Assembly: GCF_000150275.1 (NCBI RefSeq)
Contig: NW_002060948.1
Location: 1,982,918 to 2,046,917 of the forward strand
DNA length: 64,000 bases
DNA from: Trichoplax adhaerens
Taxonomy: Eukaryota > Animalia > Placozoa
Reading direction: 5' to 3'
The notes under the pieces were generated by a model. The model made no database searches. It was not told the origin of the DNA and was given only the letters and a program-made list of their open reading frames with translations. Positions 27,658 through 40,500 of this stretch are shown piece after piece. A program made the translations under genes and the position numbers. Position 1 is the first letter of the stretch; the number at the start of each line of letters is the position of its first letter.

Positions 27658-29694
27658 GTCATGGATTATTTCTACAGCCTGCTTACCGATATTATTTTCG
27701 TGATTACTGGTTACGGGTAAATCGTTTGGTACCATGTTTGTTTTGGAAATATTCGATCGCTATAATCTATTAAATTAAGACAAACACCCTTACGGACTAT
27801 GACTATACTGTACAATACTGGAAGTTCAAACGATGAGGCAAAACAATCACGTAGTGCCCTGCAATCGCAAGTCTGATCCACTCGTTTTATGGAAGTTATA
27901 ATGTAACGGATGCCGGACCGTTCCAGGTCTTGTCCTCCTCTCTATGGACGGACAGCGGTACAGTACAGGATTCTTCCTTGTACTGAGCGTGGTATACGGT
28001 GTACAGTATCGTTTGCGCAGAATCAGTGCTGCACAGTGAATGCACAGCTCGGGCACTGTCGTTTTACTGTAGTCTAGTAAATATGTGCCATAAAAAAAAA
28101 AAAAGCCCTAATAAAACAAGTAGTGCAGAAGACTTTGTCCATGCTTTCCATCACAACAGTACTGTCATAATATTAGGATCAATCTACAGGATGCTGGTGT
28201 TTGACTATCCAATATACAGGTTGTCCCAGTCCATTTTCCCGATCAACTTTGAAAATAAGACAATGAAATTTCTGTCGATTTTCAATAAAATACAAGTCAA
28301 TAATCGATAGAGGAAGAGTTAAATTACAAGAATCCGTTGACAGAATTTATGTACAAAGTGTGCATGCAATCCCATACATTCGATATTCCAATTTTGGCAT
28401 CCATTGGTACAACATCGATTGCAAATGCATGGTCTTAATATACAGTACAGTAGGTAACTTTCTATAATAAGGGACTTATATGTATAGGAAGGGTCGTAAC
28501 CATTGGTCTTTTTGAAGCGTTTTACTTCTAGTTCTTACCATTCAAACATATCCAAGGGATTACAGTGTAACTGGAACACGTGTGTGTACCCAGCGATGTT
28601 CACAATTCAATGTTAAATGTGCTACAATAACTGAACTAGAATAGACACCATCCGTCCTTCTAGTGACCCATGACTGGATATTGTCCTTATTAATGTACAG
28701 TATTTTCATACACTGGCGACTAGGCGATAATGTTGTACCATCAGCAGTGGACTACGACGGTATTTAGTAATCCGATATCAACGGACTATTAGTTGAAGCA
28801 TATAGTGCCGTTCAAGAGTAAAACTCGAGATTCAACTTTTGGCATGTATACTTAAATACTTCATAAATGAATAAAATACAGTGGCCACAAGTTCTCGTAC
28901 TACGGTTGTTGAAAATTTTTCGACCGGTACCAGAATTTGGACTTTAGAGTAGTGTACATATACTATAGCTGACCTTGAGAAGTCCTTTGAACAATAAACA
29001 TACAAGACGAGTATTACAGTATTTCCATTTCTTCCTTTACAAGCCATGCCAATGAGTCGATACGCGCATTTCGTCGATCGATTTACGCTTATGACTCAGT
29101 AAAAATAGCTTTCAACGAAGTGTAGCAGTTTATGCAAAATTGAGGGTATAGTTGCAGCTGTGTACTAAGCATCAGTATTATAGTAAAGGAGTATGCCACA
29201 ATATTCCACTTCCGAACGAAAATATACATATTATACATGTACGAGTACGTAGTGTAAATAGACAGATTATATGGAACACTGCTAAGTATGCTAGTATTAT
29301 TATCAATATCACTATCCCTATTCGTGTTATGACCTACTATTTCCTATAAGTAAACTCAACTCTGCCACTGTTTTAAAAGTAATGATATTATCATGTTTTG
29401 TTGACTATGAATTGTCATATATAATTGTATTACTACAGCTGCTACCACAAAATGGTGAAATAAATTGTATGTGCTGTGTCATATTGTTTTGGTGTTCCTT
29501 TCATTGTTCAGAAATGGTGACCAAAAAATGCCCAGTAGAGAATTGTTCATACTACTGTACTGTACAGTATATACAGCAGTTGATATCCTTCTCCTTTTCA
29601 CTCATACACAGTGAATAAAATGGAATCGTTACCGCACAGTAAAGGAAATAAATTCATAGAATAGTTGTGTAACAACGGTTGCTAAAAAATCCAA

Positions 29695-30810
29695 TTTCTG
29701 TACAAGTGATTCCTAATATTAGAATGAATATTTAAATGATCGATGTAATAGTGTTATCACTTGGCCGCACTATGGATTATTTGATGTTTTTATTTGCTGT
29801 ATACTGTATATGTACACGAGTGATTGTTAATATTAGAATGAATTAATGATCAATGTAATAGTGTTATCACTTGGCCGAACTATGGATTATTTGCTGTTTT
29901 CGTCTACTGTATACTGTATATCTGTACAAGTAATTGCTAATATTAGAATGAATATTTAAATGATCGATGTAATAGTGTTATCACTTGGCCGCACTATGGA
30001 TTATTTGATGTTTTTATTTGCTGTATACTGTATATGTACACGAGTGATTGTTAATATTAGAATGAATTAATGATCAATGTAATAGTGCTATCACTTGGCC
30101 GAACTATGGATTACTTGATGTTTTTATTTGCTGTATACTGTATATGTGCACGAGTGATTGTTAATATTAGAATGAATTAATGATCAATGTGATAGTGTTA
30201 TTATTACTTGGCCGAATTATGGATTACTTGATGTTTTTGTCTACAGTATACAGTATTAGTCAGTATATCTGTCCAAGTGATTGCTAATATTAGAATGAAT
30301 TAATGATCAATGTAATAGTGTTATCACTTGGCCGAACTATGGATTATTTGCTGTTTTTGTCTACTGTATACTGTATATGTGCACGAGTGATTGTTAATAT
30401 TAGAATGAATTAATGATCAATGTAATAGTGTTATCACTTGGCCGAACTATGGATTATTTGCTGTTTTCGTCTACTGTATACTGTATATCTGTACAAGTAA
30501 TTGCTAATATTAGAATGAATATTTAAATGATCGATGTAATAGTGTTATCACTTGGCCGCACTATAGATTACTTGATGTTTTTATTTGCTGTATACTGTAT
30601 ATCTACACGAGTGATTGTTAATATTAGAATGAATTAATGATCAATGTAATAGTGTTATTATTACTTGGCCGAATTATGGATTACTTGATGTTTTTGTCTA
30701 CAGTATACAGTATATCTGTCCAAGTGATTGCTAATATTAGAATGAATTAATGATCGATGTAATAGTGTTATTATTACTTGGCCGCAGTATGGATGTTTTT
30801 GTCTACTATC
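29695..30810. repeat. Tandem array, about 110-120-bp unit, 10 copies
   Basis: Core ttggccg(c/a)actatggatta recurs at about 29761, 29872, 29985, 30095, 30208, 30328, 30438, 30552, 30665 and 30778. Confidence 0.97.
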
Positions 30811-31502
30811 TACTGTACGTATTCCGTATTTGAATGTAAAGTAACTGTAATCAAAATCACCCTTGTCTTTCATGTTCACTAGAACAGTACTGTATAGTGT
30901 ACAGTGACTCACTACGATCGAATAATGGGGCATTTCACTACTGTACTTTGACACCACAAAGTTGACCCTATACAGCAAGATGACTCCTGTAGTAGGTGAC
31001 TCCAGCAAAATCGATCATCCAGTTCGACTGCTGCTTGAGTACGTTGCAACTGACGTCTCGCCAACTTTTCTACAGTACAGTACAGTAACACGACAGCATA
31101 CTGTGTCGTACGTACAACGACTGAAAGCAAATGGATAAATCGACCACTCACTCTTTGACAACAATACTACTGATAGGGTGATCACCGACCGACACGACTA
31201 CAGTAAGGTGAGTGAAGCGAAATCAAGTCGACCACTGTTTCACTATACTGTACTGTCATTAAGCAAGAGAAGAATAACAGGAACAATAATAACAATCCTC
31301 ATTGAGATAAAACACAATACTACGCAGGCTGACACTTTATTGTTCTCATTGATAACATCTCTGTTCGTGTCTCGTCGATCGGCAAGTCTATTTTGTCCTT
31401 TTTTGCCCAACTACTTTCGTTCTTCAATGTGGCGCGCAATCGATCTTTGACTGAGCTCAATCTCATCGGATTCACAATCTCGACAATAATCATCCATCCA
31501 AG

Positions 31503-34500
31503 ATGGCTGTAGAAGAATGTGAGTATCATTTCCAAGGATCAGCATGATTACAATGGTCAAAATGTCGCCAAGCGACCCATTTTGACGCCTTACTGCAGTA
31601 GACAGCGAGAGAGATAATGTTCATTTTGGACAAAATAAGTCTTATCTATCCTTTCCAATCGCCTTTCTTTTGGCCCATATCAACTGATAGTAGGAGTTTT
31701 CAATAGGGTCCAGTTTCACCAAACTAGACATCGATCTTGTTACTATGGATAGCAGGATTGCAATGACGATCTGTTTACTGTATTGACTTGAATGCATGTG
31801 TCCGGCGTCAAGACGACTCCTTGGCTTGAATCCAAGCAGTCACTGGGTAGACTGTCTATTCCCGTGATGGTTCTACTTTACAGTACAATCATTTTTTCCC
31901 TCCATCATCTGCTACAACATCCAGTCACAATTCTATCGATCATCATACCTTCGAAACTTTGAGACTATCAATTTATCCTTTGAGCTACAAAATCGCCATC
32001 ACAATGTTGATCCGCAAGACTATGGAATATCTAGTGTTTTCAAGTCCACCCCCCAAAAATACTGCCAAAATACTGGACCCACGTTCAGTGGAGTCTGCCA
32101 GACCTACATTAACCATGATCGAAAACTGCAATATACTCGTATTGGACTGTATTCTACTGTATTTCATGCCAACAGTCCCGGTATTGCTGTCTTTCTTGTT
32201 GAAATCTTCTTAACCCACAGTACTCAATCGCCCATTTAGTCTAGCATTTCCTTCCATCCATAAATCATTATTGAAGAATAGTCATAGTATACCGACGTTG
32301 CATTCTAAACATGGTTACAACCAGAAGTTCTACCTCTATCATGATACGCGTATAGTGATCCAACGGGATCATTCTCTTGAGAAGAGAGTAGATATAAACT
32401 AAAAGGGGCCTACGTGATAATAGTGTGATTAGTTCAAAAACTAATAACATACTCGTTATTGCCAAATCAGACCGGAAAAAAAATATCCTCTAGAATTCAT
32501 CATACAATCTTATTTTACTCTTTTTTATTATTTTTCATACTGTATTTTAACTTGAACTCCTGAGATTTCAATAGTTGCAGTACTGTTGTTGAGAAGATAC
32601 GCATACTATTAATTAGTCAGTGATAAAATGTCTGCCTTATAAGTTAAAAGAGAAAGACGACCAGTAATGAAAAATTGGACTCATGGAAAACTTCATTTTT
32701 CACTTCGAAAATAGCTTTCTTTAAATAAAGTCCCGTTAGTTACAGTCTAATATATAGCAGTTGATTTGAAACTTTCAGTATTGAAGCCTTGCAATTTCAT
32801 TAAGCAAAGCACATGCCGGCGACGCCAACATCATTCCACTTGACTGTACAGTAGATAGTAGATAGATATTATAGTAGGACAGGAAGTAACACCTAATTCC
32901 TAATTCTGTATAGACTATAATCCTATAACACTTTTACGGACGTGCTTAATCAATTTTTTTCAGAGCTTTACAAATCAAAATAATGATTCACTACACCTGA
33001 AAGTGATTGTTATCATCGTTCTTTTACGCTCTTCCACAGCATAGAATGATAAGTGCGTGGTAACTTAGATATACTTACGCAAATACGCGTTAGACAGTAG
33101 GAGAGATACCCAACTTTACAATTGATAATAAATCTACTCTACCGTAAGTTGATTGCCAGCAGCTTGACAGATGCGGAATCGGCTTGTGATTAGAATGACA
33201 ACGATTAGATCAGATTTGAAAAAGATATCTACATATGCATTATATCACAATTAATCATTCAATCCATTTTTAAATTAATAAATACCATCATATGAGGCCT
33301 GGAACAAAACTATTGGCATACGAGTAAATAAATCTACTCGACAATAAGTTGATTACCTGCATCTTGACGAAGGCAGATTTGGCTTGTGACCAAGTTAGAT
33401 CAGGTTTAATAAAAGACATCGACATACATCGTATGCATTATATTACAATTAACCATTCATCACCTTGGAAAATTAACAAATACCCAACATATGCCGCCTG
33501 TAACAAAACTGTTAACATAAAAGTAAATATACTCTACCGTAAGTTAATTACCTGCAGCTTGACAGATGCAGATTCGGCTTGTGACTAGAATGACAACGGT
33601 TTGATCAGATTTGATAACAGATATCGACATGTGCATTACATCATAATTAACCATTCGTCTACTTTGAAAATTAAAAAATACCCAGCATACGTATATTGCC
33701 TGTAATAAAATAACCGCTTTCATTTAGTAACTTCGTATCCAATCATTGAGCTATCTCCACCGCCTCATATATCAAAATTACTCGCGTACATCGATATTTT
33801 ATACAGACTCTATCGAGTAAGCTATAAGACTGCCATGGACATACCGTAAAGCATGCTGGCTTAGGATATCAAATAGTGTATAGGAACTTCTTGATATACG
33901 GGTAGATGAAATTTACAAATTCTTGACCATCTATTTCATGGAATTTTGCAAATACATTGTATTAAGTGATTGTTGTATTATGATAGCCAACCATCACTTA
34001 AGTACGCGATTGTAGATCCCGTAAAAGATCTAATGTAGTTACTGCCAACTATTTTCGACTCTAATCATTCAATGATGACGTTAATATAAAATTAAAGTAA
34101 ATATGGTATAGTATTTACACTAAATACCTTTTTAAAATAACTGCAGCATGCTTAGGCTAAAACGATCCATCGCTATCGATACTAGGCGAACCTTCTACTC
34201 GTCATTTTCATGTGCTTGTTTAATAAGCAGACTATTCCAGGTTAATACTGTACCACTTTATTATGGTGCTATACTGTAGTACAATAGTTTAGTAGTTTAC
34301 ATAACCCTCATACAAGAGATTTTCTTCTTATATATAAAAATAATTCAACACTACTATATCGGCAATCCAGCAAGCATATTCGATAGTAGAAACTGGAGCA
34401 AGACCGTAATATACACAAGTAGAATCGAATTTATAAGCTTACTCTCTTAGTAATCTTTATTTTAACATCTGTTTACTAGTAATAAATTTGCTTTTTATTT

Positions 34501-37500
34501 TATAGTTACGGCCAAGGTCCATATTCTGAAGGAAGATGTAACTTATTTACAGCGTTTACAGTTAAGCGGTTTACGATTTCCATCTATCAATCCAGCCATC
34601 GAACTAGCTTCGTCAATTGAATCCATTAGTAACAGATTGCTCAGGTGATACTAATTTCTATCTATATATATTATATCCTAAATTACGGTTACACTCAAAG
34701 TTAAAAGTAGCTCATCGCCCTTGACTATGTGTGTCTTGTCAATTTTAAAGCGACTAATGTTATACTAGTGAACATGCAGTAGTTTTAACCGAAGTACATT
34801 GATACAGCAACATATTTCGCTGTCTAGCCTACGTATATATTTTTTATGCAACACGGCACGTGTCCCCAGAAAATGTCTACTGTCCAAAGCTGTAAGCTGA
34901 TAGTATAATAGCTTCGAATAATTTAGCACGGCTTGAATATATTCTTTCGAATTGATAATATACCGTAGCTGATTTAATATTAGTTCAAAATCTGATTAAA
35001 TAGTTCACTATCAGAAACATAACCTACAAATATTACCTGTGAGGTAAAGGTGTTCTCATTTTTTTCCCCTACTTATTCTATTTAGTCATTTTACGCTGTT
35101 AGTAATGTTGTAAAGACAACTTTACCACTTTATTGGATAGCTCCCGTTGGTGAAAAGTATTCATTTTTATCTGTCCATTACCTAGATATAGTGTTATTAT
35201 ATAGTGTTATTTCCCAATTAATCCAAACTGCAATATGCGTATGTGCACTATTATCAGCGTTCTTCAATGTTGTATTGCGATTAATTCTCTGTACTACTAC
35301 ACTTTTGCAACAGTTACATGAAAGAGGGTTATGCTGGAGAGATTCAGGTACAAAGGAGCACTGGCCACGAAGCAAATGAAATGCACTTGCCAGATATCGG
35401 CGCCGTTATATCCAATTCAGATGCCTTGTATCATATCATTAGCCCTCTCACAGATTTACTACCGGCATTTTTGCAACAGTTTCAACAGCAGCAGCAAAGC
35501 ATTAAAAGTGAGCAATCTCCTTTTTACTTTATTTAGCGTCGTTCCTGTGATTCACTTATCTTTTACCAATATACTATAGTTTGCTAATACCATAATGTTT
35601 TCGTAGCTTTTGCTCGTGAAATATTACTGCTGGTGAAATCTCTTTCTCCTTTCCTGGACTTGCAACAATTACAAACATTGCCTAGTATCATTACCTCCAC
35701 ATTGTCCTTGTGGCCAAAGATTATAATTCCTGATGTAATCGATTCATTATGCAATGATATTCTTCCATATGTATTTGGTAAGAGTACTACAGTTTTTATT
35801 TTCCTGTTCTTTAGATTTAGGCGTCAAGATATTAATTTGATTAATATGATAATTTACGAATAACGGTTAATTGCGATTTCGCTAATATTACTCAAAATCA
35901 CTGCGCATGATGATATCTTTAAAAGTCATTTCAATTTATAGACGTAAAGTCATTTTAGTTACACTAATTGATGTAAACAACTTTCAACGATGTAATCAAA
36001 TCCTAACCATGTTAATTGTATAACTTATTTATGAATAACTAATTAGGTACTATGGCATTGGATGACCACTCTCATTCATCTTATTCTTACCTTTCTGTAC
36101 CTATGCTCATCATGTCAGTATTACAACATACTGCAGATAACTTATCGCACTCTCAACGCATTACTTATACGTTGATGTCGATTAAACATAATCTGTCTGA
36201 GGTATGGAATACAACAATACTATTATAGATTGTTTTAACATGTTACATGAACTTTATAATTAATTTAATTTCTCTAGCAAGCGCCAAAACATTATTTTGA
36301 TTACGTTAATTTGAGCTCCATGAATACTTTAACATTTAATCATCCAGGATTTGCTTGCCGTTATTGCGTATGGACCAATTGAAGTATGTTTAAATGCTGC
36401 ATCAATGCTACTGCAATTTTGGCCCATATCTATAGATGATCTAAATATTGAAGTTAAAAGTGATGGTAAGTAATGTTATGGACAGTATAAAAGATAAAAA
36501 AATGCCTACAGTGTTACATAAGTCATACAAATACCTTATAAAATATTCGAATACAGATTGAAAATTATATTATTTTGCATTCAGCTTGGAAATCGGTTAT
36601 TTGTCAAACTACCTCATGTTTCTTTTCTGGCAATCTTCCTGCTGTCAAGGTATAGCATAAGTATCAAAAACGCATCATGATCCAACGCTATATCTATGAG
36701 ATACGCCAAACAAAATGTATTGGTTATATTTGTGCTTCATTCTAAAATATCTTTTCGATAGATAAGTCTAGATCCTGTTTTGTCTGCTTCCCTCGGTTCC
36801 AAGCCTCCTCCCTTGTACATGTGTAGCAAATGCAGGTAAATTTAACATTTCTTGAGAAGAAATCGTGACTCATTGGTCACATTTTGAAGATTAAATTGCA
36901 AAAGGACTTAAGTGTACTAATACTTCATAGTGGGAAACATCATGATCTTATGCCCGTATATCCAAAACAAGGTGAATAGTTGTGTATACTTAACAGTAAA
37001 GGACTTTTTTCAGATTGAGTACTGACAATAATGTTCAACGTTCAATTCTAAAACAGAAACTACCTCAAAAGTTTGCGAATATAAGGTATGTGTTACTAAT
37101 AATTCAAGATACCCGTTATAAGGAATTATAATTATTTTTAATCTATAGTGAAGCAAAAAGTTTATTTGCACCACTGGTTGCGTGCTTTACGTAAATGTTT
37201 TATTTTTGATATAGCAATGCGAAAGTAATGATAAAAGGGCAGTGGTTACATGTTTCTCTTTATCCTGCACTAAAAGCTGTGGCAGTCGCCCTATGCGCCT
37301 GTGCTCTACATGTGACGGGTTAATACACGGTAATCTGTCAAATTCCGAAAGGCACATCGTTCAAGGTAATAATAAATCAAAAATTTAGCTTATTCTATTC
37401 AAGATGAACGTGAAACAAGGACATAATTTTGATTTCTTAATATAGTATAGCAAATATAAAAAGCTACTTAGGCATAAAAAATAATAACATACAGCTTAAG

Positions 37501-40500
37501 CTGTAACGTATTCGTTACGCTTATGTTAGGATTTCGGTCAACTAATAATACAGAAGAGACATATCCAAAGTACCTGATTCCTGCGATAATAAGGTAGAGC
37601 AGACAGTATAACGTGTCTTGCTAACAATTCTTAGTTTATATCACGGAAATACAATAATCATAGGAAAATTAATGTAAAAGCCATAATATTTACCAAGGTT
37701 GTTATTGGAGGATGATCACAGCAACGGAATCGAGCGGTTGGCTAGAGAAATTGTTGAAATTTCGACTTATTCAATAGTTAGCCTGGATAAAAATATTATC
37801 GATAGCAATTTAACAGCTGAGGCTAAGAAAAGAAGCATGTATGGACTATTGCTTTTAAATAACATGAGTATTGGTCGCGTCGTATACTCTGAGGTAGATA
37901 AAATTAATATGATATCGTTCGTTGGGAGTAATTTTCTAACTGTCATCAGATTGATGAATCTTAATACTTATTATAGTATCGCTGAATTAATCGTAGCCAT
38001 TCTTTGTTTATAGGATGAAATTAGTAATTTATTAGATGCTGTTTTACGGTGGTATTATCTTATTTCCGTGCTACCAAAAGGTTCAATTTTAATACCTTAT
38101 TTATTCACTTAAGTTGTTATAAACTACTTCTTTGCTATAATTTTGGGTTTTATTTTTGTACAGAAATGTCCGAGCCAAGCTTAAAACAATTAAAAAAGCA
38201 GGTTGCACTTACGACATGATATCTTTATTGCAACATAGATTTATTAAATCCTATAATATACCATACCTTTCGTTGTATGTCGGATGCAACTAGTTTCATT
38301 AGCTTACTGAAGAAGTGGTTAAAATAGTTTCTGAGACAGATGTGTTACTTATATTTTAGTTTGTTGTTCGATGGCTGAGCAATATAAGAGATGCTTACTT
38401 AGAAACGTTCATAAATTCCCTGAAGCCACGTCATAACTATTCTCTCATTAGTAAAGGAAGGTAAATGTGGAAATAGAAAAATCATGGTAAATTATGCAAT
38501 GTTAATGATAAATTAATTGACTAGCGTTACGTTGGTCTATAGGAATAACAAGGACACTGCAGAGAAATATAAGCATGCTCTAAATTGTATGGCATACATG
38601 CTGTCGGATAAACTTATTAATTCCGAGGTAAGATATGCATATAGTTCCAGCTTACCTGTATATCCTATTTAACTTCAACAATTAAACATTTAATATCAAT
38701 AAATTTCATGACCTTGGTAATCGACAAATCTTCATTAATTTATAAATGTGAGAATTTCGAATGCTTTTAGATCACAGCGCGTGATAAGCAATATCATGCT
38801 ATATGTTATTAGTGTTCTCCCATATAAATTTTAGACTAGTAGCTATAAGTGATGATTTCATTACCTAGTCAGCAATTTATTATTATTGATTTCTTCTGTT
38901 ATCTATCAAGATGATATAGCTTTGCAAGTATTACTTCTTAGATAAAAATAGCCACAAGATCGAATATTGAATCATGCTAACTTAATAGATTTTAAATCTA
39001 TAGTCTGCAGTAGCCGAGTTATATTGACTATATCATTCATAGTCATGTTATTACAAAGCGATTTATATTGTCTGTAGTGACTGTAGTAGCAGCGCATTTT
39101 CTACAGAACATCACAAAGTATTTAATAATCAGATTACAACATGCGTTAAATATCTTACTCTTATAAACAGAAAACACTGTTAACTGGCGTAAATAGTTTG
39201 TAACGATATCGGCGCAGTCTCTATTTTGTTAACAAGTTACTGCACATACATATTTAGACCGCATTATATCATGTAAGATAGTACATTATAGTTATCGATT
39301 TATATGAATTAGTTTATATGTGATGAGTTTTCTATCTTTTTATATAATTAAATAAATATCTAAGACCGTTTATATCGTGTAACATAGTATACCTATCGAT
39401 TTATATGAATAAAGCGTTTGTTATGTACTGTATATCGTCTTAAATAACTAATTAGGATTACTACTCCCTTTAACAGGTTTGGGATCTACTCATGCCTACA
39501 TGGATGGAGAATATTAGACTCAATATCGATATAGAAAGTTTGCATCCAGTGGAGTCACCTTTACGGTAATTGCAGTATTTATACTACAATGTAGTTTAGA
39601 AAAATTAAAGTTTCGTTAACGTAGGCGACGAAAAATTTAATTTATTATACAGGAAGCTATTCAATCCGGATGTTGCTCATTTATTTTTTGGCAATTCTCC
39701 ATACGAATTCATCGGTAAAAAATTTAAAGATATGACAGCAAATATACAGTATCAAGCGCTGGTTTGGTTACGGGTACGATTTATTGATTTAAGAAATGCA
39801 GGAAATAATTTACATTTTTGATTTACGACGGAATAGAATGACTAACTATGGCTATAAATGTGTCTTGGGAGTTGTAAAAGTAGTGTTACAAAGAATACTC
39901 GTATACATATATCAAGTCTTACAGTCATTATTTGCCAGCAAATCATTGAAAACCATTAATTACATGGAGGGATTAACGAACTATAGACAATGTTGCATTT
40001 ATAGTAAACTAATTACTGTGATGTTTAGTATCTTTATCTCAATATTTATATTTCAATTTTATAGCTGCTATCTCATTTGAATATTTTCTTATCTCCTTCC
40101 TGGATTATCAAAATGTTTGCCGTCGGTATTGCATCCGAGAGCTTTAAGCAGCAGTCTGTATCATCTACAAATCATCTTTCCCAGAGTGAAGCTTTTAATC
40201 AAGAACTTCCTGCTAGTATTGTGGATGATGCAAATGGTCTACTTGTACTTTGGGAAGCAATTCAAACTCCAGATATTTATATATTAGCTTACGAAAAGCC
40301 GATCGGCAATTATAAGGCTTTAAATTTGGATCTGAAAGATACAAGGCTGTCTTGTTTTATTTTAATGCTGGATATCATCGTAAAACAGGTATTTTTTTAG
40401 CGTTTAATTAAGTTAAATTAGCTATATGCTTTGGGTCAATGATTGCAATGTAATTATAATAACTTATTACGATTACTTAGTAAATATTATTATTTCTGTA

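Noticed and set aside
28832-29047. 71-aa minus-strand ORF and an imperfect hairpin near 28902-28926
   Set aside because: No recognisable homology or splice partners, and the hairpin is weak.
26943-30810. Regularly spaced repeats resembling CRISPR arrays
   Set aside because: Whole units repeat with no unique spacers, there are no cas genes, and the context is an intron-rich eukaryote.
39254-39410. Short degenerate duplication in a UNC79 intron
   Set aside because: Ordinary local duplication with no terminal repeats or target-site duplication.
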